From Acidimicrobiia bacterium (GTDB lineage Bacteria; Actinomycetota; Acidimicrobiia; Spongiisociales; UBA11373), in contig JAFGCH010000071.1 in NCBI GenBank assembly GCA_016932695.1, forward strand, positions 4,099-68,098: DNA of 64,000 nt, read 5' to 3'. Position 1 is the first letter of the stretch. Every line of letters starts with the position of its first letter. This document shows, piece by piece, positions 39,828-49,968 of this stretch. The position numbers and the translations under genes were made by a program. The notes under the pieces were generated by a model. It did not search any database and was not told the DNA's origin. It was given only the letters and a program-made list of their open reading frames with translations.

Positions 39828-40559
39828 ATGACCCGCCTGCCGGCGCTGGTGGTCGGCCTTGCGTTGCTGTTCGTCACCGGCTGTGGAGATGACGACGGCG
39901 GCCTCGCGACGGTTGGACCCACCTCGACTCTCCCCGACCTGGAGTGCCCCGAGGCGAGACCGGTAATCGATTCCCAGGACCTGATCGACGAACTCGCTCT
40001 CCTCACTTGGGAGGGGTGGGGTCCCTACTCCTCGGGGGTGAAGCCGGTCACCGCCGACCTGGTGATCACAGGGACCGTGGCGTTGAACGCCTCGGCTTTG
40101 CCCGTGCCCGAGAACTGCCTGAGCCGCCCCGACTGCTCGCCCCAGGCCGGGCTGGTCCTGCATCCGGGGGTCGCGGGGGCGGTGGGGGAAGGCGACGCCT
40201 ATATCGAGTGCGCCGATTCCTACGCTCGCATCGTCCTCACCGACACCACGGTGCGGCTCCGGCCCTACCTGCGCGACACCCATCCTTGCGCTTTCAACTA
40301 CGTGCCCATGGTGGAGGTATTGCCTCCCTGCGGCACCCCCTGCAGCGAAGGGCAGGGCCTCTGCCCCGTGGACGGCGTGTGCTACTCGCTGGGGGATGCC
40401 TTCTGCCGTTTGTGTGAGGGAGGCACCAAGGAGGAGTGCGCTTGCCGCGGGCCGGAGGGGCCTTTGGAGGAGGGCGCTCCCTGTTCCTACTGGCAGTCGG
40501 GCGATATGAAGTGCGAGGGTCGCTGCCGCTCCGGGGCCTGCGACACGCCCTGCGAATGA
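39828..40559 (+). CDS. Cys-rich hypothetical lipoprotein
   Basis: Lipobox VTGC; 19 Cys in 243 aa; SD GAGGAG. Confidence 0.8.
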   Translation: MTRLPALVVGLALLFVTGCGDDDGGLATVGPTSTLPDLECPEARPVIDSQDLIDELALLTWEGWGPYSSGVKPVTADLVITGTVALNASALPVPENCLSRPDCSPQAGLVLHPGVAGAVGEGDAYIECADSYARIVLTDTTVRLRPYLRDTHPCAFNYVPMVEVLPPCGTPCSEGQGLCPVDGVCYSLGDAFCRLCEGGTKEECACRGPEGPLEEGAPCSYWQSGDMKCEGRCRSGACDTPCE

Positions 40560-40602
40560 CCGTTCGCGCCCCGGTACCATCTGCCGCCCGAACCGAGAGG
40601 CC

Positions 40603-42489
40603 ATGGCCCGCCCCTACTTCCCCGACGGCCGTTACTTCGGCGAGGAAGCCTGCCTGTTCCCCGCCGACCTGCACTACGACCCGAACGACCGGGCCTGCTG
40701 TGACCCGCAGTCCGACGGCAGCGTCCTGTTCCGCCTGCGCGCCGAAGTCGGCTTCGCGGAGGCGGTGCTCGTCCTCGACGACGGCACCGGGATCCCCATG
40801 GATCGCTGGGCTTGCACAGCCCGCTTCGACTTTTTCCGGGGCATCGTGCCGGCGGGCCGGCGCCGCTTCTCCTATACGTTCGCCCTGAGGCGCCCCGACG
40901 GGAGGGCCGTCTACCTGGTGCCCGCCGGCGTCGGCAACGCCGTGGAGCGCCTCGACCGCTGGGCGCTCGACCTGGACGATGTGGCGCCTCTCGCGGTGCC
41001 CGATTGGGCCCGAGGGGCAGTTATCTACCAGATATTCCCTGAGCGCTTTCGCAACGGCGACCCGGCTCTCACGCCGCCGGGAGCCGACCCCTGGGGTAGC
41101 GAGCCGCACTGGCTGCGCTTCCAAGGCGGCGACCTCGCCGGCATCGCCGAACAGGCCGACTACTTGGCGGACCTGGGGGTGGACGTCGTGTACCTGAACC
41201 CGGTGTTCGCCTCACCCTCCACTCATCGCTACGACGTCGCGGACTTCTACTCAGTCGATCCGGCGCTGGGGGGCAACGCCGCTCTGGGGCGCCTGGTGGC
41301 CGCGTTGCACGACAGGGGGATGCGCCTGATCCTGGACGCCTCGTTCAACCACTGCCACCCGCGCTTCTTCGCCTTTGCCGATGTGCTGGCTCGGGGGCTT
41401 GACTCGCCCTATGCCGGCTGGTTCGCCCTGAACGGAGAACGGCCCCGGGTCAAGGTGCGGCCCCACCTGCTGACCCCCGAACTGGAGCCGGCCTGGGGGG
41501 CTTACCTGCGTCGGGTGCTGGAGGGCTTGGAGGCGGAGTCGGGGGTGGCGGTCGAGGTGGCGGGCGGCGCCGGCATGCTCGTAGAACCCACCTACGAGGC
41601 TTGGTACGGGGTGCCCACCATGCCGCGGATCGACCTGACTCACCCCGAGGCGCGCCGCTACTTCCTGGAAGTCGGCGCCTTCTGGCTGCGCGAGTACGGT
41701 ATCGATGGGTGGCGCATGGATGTGGCCCGCTATGTGGACCCGGGCTTCTGGCCGGACTTCCGCCGATCCTGCCGGCGGGCGAACCCCGACTGCTACCTGC
41801 TCGCCGAGATAATGGGGGATGCGACCCCCTGGCTCCAAGGGGATCGCTTCGATGCCACGATGAACTACACGTTCCGGGACCTTTGCGCGAGCTACTTCGC
41901 CGCTCACGGGTTGGGGACGGCCGAGTTCTTGGACGGGTTCACCCGGATGCTGGCGCAGTACGCCCCAGCGGTCACCGAAGCCAATCAGAACCTGCTGTCC
42001 AGCCACGACACGGAGCGCTTCCTGCACGTGGCCGGGGGGGACCGGCGCCGGGTGGTGCCGGCGTTCCTGTTTCAACTAACCGCCCCGGGCGCCCCGGGGA
42101 TCTACTACGGGGATGAGGTGGGGATGAGCGGGGGCAAGGAGCCGGCCTCGCGCGGCGCTTTCCCCTGGCACGAGCCGGGTGCCTGGGACCTCGGCCTCCA
42201 GCAGATGGTGCGGTCCCTGGCCGGCTTGCGGCGGGCGCATCCGGCACTGCGGCGGGGCGATTGGCGGCTGCGCTGGCAGGGCGAGGAGACCTTCGCCTTC
42301 TCCCGGGTGCTCGGCGAGGAAGAGGTCGTGGTGCTGGTCAACCGCGGGCCGGCACTGGCTCGGGTGGCGGTCCCGGTGGCGGGGGGGAACGCCCGGCTGT
42401 TGTGGGGCGAAGGGCGAGCCCGCCTCGAGGGGGCAAGCCTGGTGCTCGAGGAGGTGCCGGCCGGGAGCGGGATGGTGGTGGCGCTGTAG
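40603..42489 (+). CDS. GH13 neopullulanase/cyclomaltodextrinase
   Basis: YQIFPERF, GGDLAGI, HRYD, DASFNH, GWRMDVA, LAEI, LLSSHD. Confidence 0.92.
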   Translation: MARPYFPDGRYFGEEACLFPADLHYDPNDRACCDPQSDGSVLFRLRAEVGFAEAVLVLDDGTGIPMDRWACTARFDFFRGIVPAGRRRFSYTFALRRPDGRAVYLVPAGVGNAVERLDRWALDLDDVAPLAVPDWARGAVIYQIFPERFRNGDPALTPPGADPWGSEPHWLRFQGGDLAGIAEQADYLADLGVDVVYLNPVFASPSTHRYDVADFYSVDPALGGNAALGRLVAALHDRGMRLILDASFNHCHPRFFAFADVLARGLDSPYAGWFALNGERPRVKVRPHLLTPELEPAWGAYLRRVLEGLEAESGVAVEVAGGAGMLVEPTYEAWYGVPTMPRIDLTHPEARRYFLEVGAFWLREYGIDGWRMDVARYVDPGFWPDFRRSCRRANPDCYLLAEIMGDATPWLQGDRFDATMNYTFRDLCASYFAAHGLGTAEFLDGFTRMLAQYAPAVTEANQNLLSSHDTERFLHVAGGDRRRVVPAFLFQLTAPGAPGIYYGDEVGMSGGKEPASRGAFPWHEPGAWDLGLQQMVRSLAGLRRAHPALRRGDWRLRWQGEETFAFSRVLGEEEVVVLVNRGPALARVAVPVAGGNARLLWGEGRARLEGASLVLEEVPAGSGMVVAL

Positions 42490-42547
42490 CCGGGCAACCG
42501 GCTCGGCCGGTCGGAAGTAGTCTCGGGCGGGCCGCCGAGGAGGGGCC

Positions 42548-45260
42548 TTGGGATCCAGCACACGCGGGCGGGGGAAGGCTGCCGGCTCGAACCGGAGCGC
42601 AGGCGCCACCGACGGCGCCGGATCGCCGCTGATCGCCACGAAGTACCGGGTGCCGGTGCGCCGGCCGGCCGCAGTGGAGCGAGAGAGGCTTCTGGACGCT
42701 TTGGACGAGGCCGCCTGCCTTCCGCTCACTCTGGTGTGCGCTCCGCCGGGCTTCGGGAAGAGCACCCTGCTGAGCGAGTGGGCGGGAAGGCGCGGGGCGA
42801 CCGTCGCCTGGGTGTCCCTGGATACCGGTGACTCCGACGTGGCGCGCTTCGCCGCCTATCTGATGGCGGCTCTGGCGGAGGTCCTGCCCGGCGGCTGCCC
42901 CGTCGACGGCGCCCTTCGTGGGGGCGCTTCCTCAAGGTGGAATCGAGGCGCTTCTCACCTCGGTGGTCAACGAAGCCGCGGCTGCCGAATCGAGCATCTT
43001 CATCGTGCTCGACGACTATCACCTGATCGAGTCTCCCCAGGTGCATCGGGCGATGGAATTCCTGGTAGAGCACCTCCCGGCGACGCTGCACCTTGTCCTC
43101 TCCTCGCGGTCGGATCCCCCGCTTCCTCTGGCGCGCTGGCGAGCCCGGAGCCGGCTGGCCGAGTTGGGCCCGGCGGCCCTGCGGTTCACCACCGGCGAAG
43201 GAGCGGAGTTCCTCCGCCGCACTATGGGGCTGGTGGTGAGGGATGAAACGGCGGCAGCCCTGACCGAGACCACCGAAGGTTGGGCGGCAGGTCTGCAGAT
43301 GGCAGCCCTGGCTCTGCGGGGGCGCGCCGACCCGGATGGATTTATCCGGGAGTTCACCGGCAGCCACCGCTACGTCGTCGACTACCTCGTCGAGGAGGTG
43401 CTCGCCGGACAACCGCCACCGATGCGCCAATTCCTCCTGCAGACTTCGATTCTTGAGCGGCTGTGCGGCCCGCTTTGTGATGCGGTCACGGGAGGTAGCG
43501 ATGGCGCAGCCGCTCTCGCTGCTCTGAACCGGGGGGCGGTGTTCCTCGAGGCATTGGATGAAGGCGGGCAGTGGTACCGGTACCACCGGCTGTTCGCCGA
43601 CCTGCTCAGGCACTTCCTGGCGGCGGAACACCCCGGCATGGAGGTTGAGTTGCACCGGCGGGCCGGCGTCTGGTGTCGAGAGCACGGGCTTTCCCAAGCG
43701 GCAGTGGGGCACTTCATGGCTGCGGGCGATTGGCGAGTCGCCGCCGATCTGGTCGACGCGATGGCCGAAGCCGTCCTGTCGGATGGTGAGTTTGCCTCGC
43801 TGGCCGCTTGGGTGGAAGCACTCCCTTGTGAAGAAGTGGAAGCCCGGCCGGGGCTGCGCGCGCTCTACGCCGCGGCGCTCTTCTACACCGGTCGCCCCGT
43901 CGAGCAGGTGGAGGGGGTGCTCGCCGAGGTCGAGGCGTCCGGGGTCGCACCGGAGGCGCAGGGCACGGCCGCCGCCCTGCGAGCCGTCATGGCGGTGCTA
44001 CGCGGCCAGGGGGAGCGCAGCCGGGAGTATGCCCAACGGGCCTTGGATCTCCTGCCTCCCGAGCGTTCCCTGCTGCGGGTGCTGGCCGGAGCCAGTCTGG
44101 GCTTGGCCGCTCTCCACGACGGTGACCCCAGTCTCGCCGAGGGCGCTTTCGGCGAGATGCGGCGCGCCGCCGAGGCGGCCGGCAGCCTGGTGTTTTGGGC
44201 CATGGCGGTGCGGCGGCTCGGTGGCGTCGCAGCCTTGCGCGGCGACCTCACCGAAGCCGAAGTCCTCTTCCGGCAGATCGTGGAGTTCGCCGGGGAGAGG
44301 GCGGGGCGCCGGCATCCCCTGGCGGGTCTCGGCTTGACCGGCCTCGGCCAGGTGTTGTGGGAGCGGAATGAGCTGGCCGAGGCGGAGGCCTGTCTGCGCG
44401 AAGGCATCACCCTCTCTCGCCGGTTGGGGCCGCCTTTCGTTCTCGACGGGCTCGTCGTTCTGAGCAGAGTGCTGGCGGCGCAGGGGGACTTTCGCGCCGC
44501 TGCCGCCACTCTGGGAGAAGCGGCCATGATGGCGGAGGAGTTCGACGTCACCGACACCGACGACGCTTACGTGGCCACCCTGACAGCGCGCCTGCACTTG
44601 GCGGAGGGGGATCTGGTCGGAGCGGGCCGCTGGGCTCAGGGGCAGGGCATCGACTCGGCTGAACCGGGGTCCCTGAGCAAGGGCTTCTACCCGGGCGAGG
44701 CCGAGATGACCACGCTGGCGCGTCTGTTCCTCCGCACCCATCGGCCCGAGAGAGCCTTGGTGTTGCTGGAACGGCTCCTGCCCCGGGCGGAGGAGCAGGG
44801 CCGGCTGGGGAGCATCATCGAGTTGGAGATGCTGCGCTCTCTGGCCCTCGATGGGGGCGGAGCCCCCCGGCCCGCTATGGCGGCTCTCGCGCGGGCCGTC
44901 GCCTTGGCGGCGGTCCATGGTCATCTCCGGGTCTTCCTCGATGAGGGTGAGCCGCTGACTGCACTGCTGAGGCGAGGAGTGGGGGAAGGGGTTCTGCCTT
45001 CATACGCCAAGACGGTGCTGGCCGCCTCCGGCTCCTCTCCCCCCCGGCGCGTGGTCCCTGGGTTGAGCGACCCCCTTACCGAGCGGGAGCGCCGTGTGCT
45101 CCGGTTCCTCGCCGGCACACTCACCGTGCCGGAGATGGCCCGGGAGCTGTATGTGGCGCCGAGCACGGTGCGGTCCCATCTCAAGTCGATCTATCGCAAG
45201 CTGGGCGTCCACAGGCGCGCCGCAGCGGTGGAGCGATCCCGGGATTTGGGCCTGCTCTGA
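42548..45260 (+). pseudogene. MalT-like large ATP-binding LuxR regulator, frameshifted at about 42920
   Basis: TKYRVP..APPGFGKST..AWVSLD in one frame; IVLDDYH..SRSDP..TEGWAAGL..LTERERRVL..STVRSHLKSIYRKLGV in the +1 frame. Confidence 0.85.
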
Positions 45261-45281
45261 GCTGGGCCAACGGGCCGCAAA

Positions 45282-45311
45282 TCCCCCGACTGGGGGAGGC
45301 GGCCTCCCCCA
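45282..45311. promoter_or_regulatory. Overlapping inverted repeats between the regulator and the MFS gene
   Basis: TCCCCC-gact-GGGGGA (45282-45297) and TGGGGGAGGC-g-GCCTCCCCCA (45291-45311). Confidence 0.55.
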
Positions 45312-45379
45312 ATCCGGTGGTCTCTTCGGGGGGTTGTGGGCCGCCGCGAAGGGCGGGTCCCCGATCTCGGGAGACTGCA

Positions 45380-46954
45380 ATGACCGTGGAGAGCTGTGCC
45401 GGAACCTACCAGCGGCGCTGGTGGACGCTGGGGGTGCTGTCGCTGGCCCTGATCGCCGTGAGCCTGGACAACATGGTCCTGAATGTGGCCCTGCCCACCA
45501 TCCAGGCAGAACTGGGAGCCTCAGCATCCGAGCTCATCTGGATGGTGGACGCCTACATCGTGGTCTTTGCCAGCCTCCTCCTCGTCATGGGCTTTCTGGG
45601 GGATCGCTTCGGCAGGGCTCTCGCCATGCGGGTAGGCCTGGTGATCTTCGGAGGGGCCAGCCTGGCGGCGGCCTATGCCGGTACCGCGACCGAGTTGATC
45701 GCCTGGCGGGCGTTGATGGGCGTTGGCTCGGCGTTGATCGCCACCGCCTCGTTGTCCATGGTCACCGCCATCTTCCCGCGCGAGGAGCGGGGCCGGGCCA
45801 TCGGTATCTGGGCGGGGGTCAACGCCCTGGGTATCGGGGCAGGTCCCGTGATAGGTGGGGTGATGCTGGAGCACTTCTGGTGGGGTTCGGTCTTCCTCCT
45901 CAACGTGCCGGTCGTCCTGGTAGCTCTCGCCGTGGGGATCCTGCTGCTCCCCGAGAGCCGGGACCCCGAGCGTCGCCCTCTGGACCTCCCCGGGTTCGTC
46001 CTGTCCACCGCCGTGGTATCGACCCTGGTGTATGCCCTGATCGAGGCTCCCAACCGAGGTTGGGGGAATCCCCTGGTATTGGGGGCCTTCGCCGCCGCGC
46101 TCGTGCTGGGTGGCGGGTTTGCCTGGTGGGAGCGGCGCATCCCTCACCCCCTGGTCGAATTCGGGTTCTTCCGTCGGCGCCGGTTCAGCATCGGGGTGAC
46201 TGCGGTGGGACTGGCGTCCTTTGCCCTGTTCGGAACCCTCTTCGCCTTCACCCAGTTCCTGCAGTTCGTGCAGGGCTACGGCCCGTTGGAGGCCGGGGTG
46301 CGCCTCATCCCCATCTCCCTGGGTGTGATGGTCGGCGCCGGGGGGGCGGACCGTCTCGCCAGGCGGTACGGCACCCAGCGTGTCGTCGCCGCCGGGTTGG
46401 CGCTGCTCGGGGTGCTGTTGGCCTCCTTCCTCGCCTGGGGTCCGAGCACCGACTACTGGGTGGTGGGAGCGACCTTCTTCGCCATGGCTTACGCCATGGG
46501 ATGCGTGATGGCCCCGGCAACAGATGCGGTCATGGGGGCGGTTCCTCAGGAGCGGGCCGGGGTCGCTACCGCCATGAACACGGTGAGTCGTATGGTGGCA
46601 GGTGCCCTGGGAGCCGCGGTTACCGGGTCGGTGCTGTTCACCATCTACGGCAGCAGGGTGGCCGCAGCGACGGTCGGCCTTCCGGCCGACCTGGCGGCCG
46701 CGGCCCGCGATTCCGTGGGTGCGGCGATGCAGGTAGCCGCCGCGCTCCCCCCCGAAGCGGGCCGGGTTTTGGGCATTGCCGCCGGTGAGGCCTTTGTCGA
46801 CGCCGTCGGGCTGGCTTCTCTGGTGGGCAGCGCCATCGCCCTGCTCGGGTCGGCTCTGGTGGGGCGCCTGATGCCCGCCCGACACCAGGTGCTGGAAGAG
46901 GGAACGGGGTCGGAGCCCGCGGTGCTCGGGGGCGGGGCAGCCCGCGACGGCTGA
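45380..46954 (+). CDS. MFS DHA2 efflux transporter
   Basis: RRWWTL..LDNMVLNVALPTI, WMVDAY, LGDRFGR, WGSVFLLNVPV. Confidence 0.9.
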   Translation: MTVESCAGTYQRRWWTLGVLSLALIAVSLDNMVLNVALPTIQAELGASASELIWMVDAYIVVFASLLLVMGFLGDRFGRALAMRVGLVIFGGASLAAAYAGTATELIAWRALMGVGSALIATASLSMVTAIFPREERGRAIGIWAGVNALGIGAGPVIGGVMLEHFWWGSVFLLNVPVVLVALAVGILLLPESRDPERRPLDLPGFVLSTAVVSTLVYALIEAPNRGWGNPLVLGAFAAALVLGGGFAWWERRIPHPLVEFGFFRRRRFSIGVTAVGLASFALFGTLFAFTQFLQFVQGYGPLEAGVRLIPISLGVMVGAGGADRLARRYGTQRVVAAGLALLGVLLASFLAWGPSTDYWVVGATFFAMAYAMGCVMAPATDAVMGAVPQERAGVATAMNTVSRMVAGALGAAVTGSVLFTIYGSRVAAATVGLPADLAAAARDSVGAAMQVAAALPPEAGRVLGIAAGEAFVDAVGLASLVGSAIALLGSALVGRLMPARHQVLEEGTGSEPAVLGGGAARDG

Positions 46955-47025
46955 CGGGTCACCGGGCGGGGGTAGGCCCGGAACAAACTCGGCGTCGGCC
47001 TCCGCGATGCGCCATCCTTAGGGGC

Positions 47026-48081
47026 ATGACCGAAGCCGATCCCGCCGCACCCGAGCCGCGCCGGCCGCCTCCCAGGAAACGGCGACGCTGGTTGTGGCCG
47101 CTGGTGGGCCGCCTGGTGCTGCTGGTGGCCGGAGGGGTAGCCCTCTACTACCTGGCTCCCCAACTGGTCTCGGTCTTCGCCAGCGCTCCCCAGCTGAGCC
47201 GGGTGCAGTGGCCGTGGCTCGTAGTGATGCTGGGCCTGGAGATCAGCAGCTTCGTCGCCGCCTGGGGACTGGCCCGCGTGGCGGTCCCGGGGCTCCGCTG
47301 GCCGGTGGCCGCCACCGCGCAACTGGCGGCCAACGCCGCCAGCCGGGCGGTGCCCGGCGGGGTGGTGGTAGGCGGAGCCGTCTACTTTCGTCTGCTGCAC
47401 CGCTCCGGGGTGGACCCGGCCGGTGCCGCCGCGGCCCTCACCGCCAACTCCCTGATCAGCAACATGGTGCTGTTCGCCCTGCCCGCCGCCGGGGCCATTT
47501 CGGCGGCGGCGGCGGCCGCGGTGCCCCGCGGCCTGCTCCCGGTGGCGCTGGCCGGGCTGGGGTTGTTTGCCCTCACCCTCGGCATTGGGGGGGCTTTGGT
47601 CCGCTTCGACCGGCCCCTCCTCCTGATCGGGGTCCTGGCGGAGCGGCTGAGCCGTCTGCTGCCGCACCACCTGACCCGGGGAAGGAGGGTGCGCCGCGAT
47701 GCGCTGCTGCGCACGCGTAACGAGCTGGTGGCGGCCATGGGAGGCCGCTGGTGGCAGGCGGTGGGCTTCGCCGCCGCCAACTGGATCCTCGACTACCTGG
47801 TGCTGGTGGCCGCCCTGCGAGCCATAGGGGCCGAGCCGCGCCTCAGCCTGGTGCTGTTGGCCTACGGGGCGGCCTCGGTGCTCGGCATGATCCCCATAAC
47901 GCCGGGAGGCCTGGGCTTTGTGGAGGCCGGCCTGGCCGCCACCCTGGCGGTGTCGGGCATCGCCGCCGGCGACGCCCTGCTGGCCACCCTCGCCTACCGG
48001 CTCTTCTCCTTCTGGCTGCCCATACCTGCGGGGGCGATCGCCTACCTGGTGCATCGCCTCCACCACCGGGCGCCGGCCTGA
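47026..48081 (+). CDS. Lysylphosphatidylglycerol-synthase-TM/YbhN flippase-like membrane protein
   Basis: Multi-TM; IPITPGGLGFVEAGL, AYRLFSFWLP. Confidence 0.85.
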   Translation: MTEADPAAPEPRRPPPRKRRRWLWPLVGRLVLLVAGGVALYYLAPQLVSVFASAPQLSRVQWPWLVVMLGLEISSFVAAWGLARVAVPGLRWPVAATAQLAANAASRAVPGGVVVGGAVYFRLLHRSGVDPAGAAAALTANSLISNMVLFALPAAGAISAAAAAAVPRGLLPVALAGLGLFALTLGIGGALVRFDRPLLLIGVLAERLSRLLPHHLTRGRRVRRDALLRTRNELVAAMGGRWWQAVGFAAANWILDYLVLVAALRAIGAEPRLSLVLLAYGAASVLGMIPITPGGLGFVEAGLAATLAVSGIAAGDALLATLAYRLFSFWLPIPAGAIAYLVHRLHHRAPA

Positions 48082-48093
48082 GGCCCGGCGCGC

Positions 48094-48528
48094 TCAGCGG
48101 CGCGAGTAGCGGCCCATGAGAGAAGCCTCGGCGAGAACCCGGCCCCGCAGCGCCTCGAGAACCTGCTTCTTGGAGGCGCCGGCCGGCAGGCCGAGCGCAC
48201 GGTCGAGGGCATAGACCTTGAAGAAGTAGCGGTGCTCGCCGAAGGGCGGGCAGGGCCCTCCATAGCCGGTCTTGCGCCAGGAGTTGCGGCCGGGGGTGCC
48301 GAGGGCCTTCACCCCCTCGGGGATGGTGCCGGCCACCGGGATGTCGTAGGCCACCCAGTGGTCCCAGGTGCCCATGCGAGCATCGGGATCATCCATGACC
48401 AGCGCCAGGCAGGTGGCGTCCTCGGGGATGTCGGCGATGTCGAGAGCGGGTGAGACGTCGGCGCCATCGCAGGTGAAGCGGGAGGGGATGGCCTCGCCGT
48501 TGCCGAAAGCGGGTGATGAGAGCCTCAT
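48094..48528 (-). CDS. YbhB/YbcL (PEBP) family protein
   Basis: FTCDGADVSP, DDPDA, HW, GYGGPCPP, HRYFF. Confidence 0.92.
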   Translation of the reverse strand: MRLSSPAFGNGEAIPSRFTCDGADVSPALDIADIPEDATCLALVMDDPDARMGTWDHWVAYDIPVAGTIPEGVKALGTPGRNSWRKTGYGGPCPPFGEHRYFFKVYALDRALGLPAGASKKQVLEALRGRVLAEASLMGRYSRR

Positions 48529-48634
48529 AGGGGAAAGGTAGTCGCGCGTCCGAGGAGAAAGTGGCGCGTTGGGGCGTCGTTGTGCCGCGAGATCGGGCAT
48601 CCTTGAGGGTGACGGCGGCAGAGAGGGGACGGCG

Positions 48635-48856
48635 ATGGCCGACAGCGTGTACAAGGTGGTCGAGCTCATCGGGAGCAGCAGCGAGTCGTGGGAGAAGGCG
48701 GCCAGGGCTGCCGTGGCTCAGGCAGCCAAGAGCCTCCGGGATCTGCGCATTGCCGAGATCAAGGAGCTCGACCTGCAGCTCGACGACGACGGGGCCGTGG
48801 TCGCCTACCGGGCGAAGGTTCGCGTCTCGTTCCGCTATCACGGGGACGAAGACTGA
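48635..48856 (+). CDS. Dodecin family flavin-binding protein
   Basis: SVYKVVELIGSSSESWEKAA..YRAKVRVSF. Confidence 0.92.
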   Translation: MADSVYKVVELIGSSSESWEKAARAAVAQAAKSLRDLRIAEIKELDLQLDDDGAVVAYRAKVRVSFRYHGDED

Positions 48857-48919
48857 GCCGAAGTCGGCTACGGCCGCAGATACTCAACCCGGCGAAGTGC
48901 CGGGACCACGGCCGCCGGT

Positions 48920-49855
48920 TCACCACGCCTGTTCGAGCAGCATGGCCAGCTGCCGGGCGCCCTTGACCCCGTAGTCGGCGTAGCAGTTGTTCATCAGCAC
49001 GTGCACTCGGCCGGCCTGGTCGGCCAGGGCTTTGACGCGCGGCACCCACTCTTGTAGCTCGCCGGGGGCGTAGTCGTAGCGGAACCTCTCGGCGGCGCCG
49101 ATCCCCGGCGCCTCCCAGGTGTCGGCGTTCCGCCCGTGGAAGCGCACTTCGGCCAGGGGCGCCGTGGCCGCCGCCACCGGTGGCATCGAACTGCGGAACC
49201 CCTGCGGCGCGTCGACGCAGACGTACGACAGGTGGTGCTCCTCCAAGAAGGCCAGGGTGGATTCCCGGTGGGCTTCGTCCATCCAGCGCTCCTGGCGGAA
49301 CTCGACCGCCACCCGGTAGTCGGCGAGGCGCTCCGCCGCCCAGGAGAGATAGCCGTAGGCGCCGCGCGACGGGACCACGTAAGGGGGCAACTGGAAGAGG
49401 ATCACCCCCAGCTTTCCCGCCGAGTGGAGGGGTAGGAGGGCCGAGACGAAGCGCTCGAAGGCTTCCTGCATGAGCTCCCGGGGAAGGTCGCGGGCGTACA
49501 GGTTGCGTTTGGCCCGCAGGTCGTCGGGCAGGGAGGCGGCGAGATCCTTCCACAACGACCGGGGCGGGGTGGGGTGCTGGGTGAGCAGACGGAAGGCCTT
49601 GACGTCGAAGGTGAAGTCGGGCGGGGTGCGCTCCACCCACAGCCCGGAGGTGCGCTGGGCCGGAGGGGCGTAGTAGGTGGCGTCCACCTCGACAATGGGG
49701 AACTGCGCGGCGTAGTAGGCCAGGCGGTTGGCCGGGGTCATCTCCCGGCTCGGGTAGAAGGTGCCGGCGTCGACCAGCGTGGGGTCGGTCCACGAGCAGG
49801 TGCCCACGAACACCCCGCGCTGCGCCAGACGGGCGAGGGCGGTCTCGGCGGTCAT
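48920..49855 (-). CDS. DUF72 (YecE) family protein
   Basis: VGTCSW, VEVDATYY, FQLPP, VEFR, VRFHGRN, YDY, MNN. Confidence 0.92.
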   Translation of the reverse strand: MTAETALARLAQRGVFVGTCSWTDPTLVDAGTFYPSREMTPANRLAYYAAQFPIVEVDATYYAPPAQRTSGLWVERTPPDFTFDVKAFRLLTQHPTPPRSLWKDLAASLPDDLRAKRNLYARDLPRELMQEAFERFVSALLPLHSAGKLGVILFQLPPYVVPSRGAYGYLSWAAERLADYRVAVEFRQERWMDEAHRESTLAFLEEHHLSYVCVDAPQGFRSSMPPVAAATAPLAEVRFHGRNADTWEAPGIGAAERFRYDYAPGELQEWVPRVKALADQAGRVHVLMNNCYADYGVKGARQLAMLLEQAW

Positions 49856-49968
49856 CGCGACCCCGAGTCTCGCGCGCCGGCGGCGGTTGAGAGACGCCTT
49901 GGGGGCCACCTGTTCCCGCATATCGCGAGCCGGCCTATCGTGGCCGCGATGACCACACAAGTGGCGCG

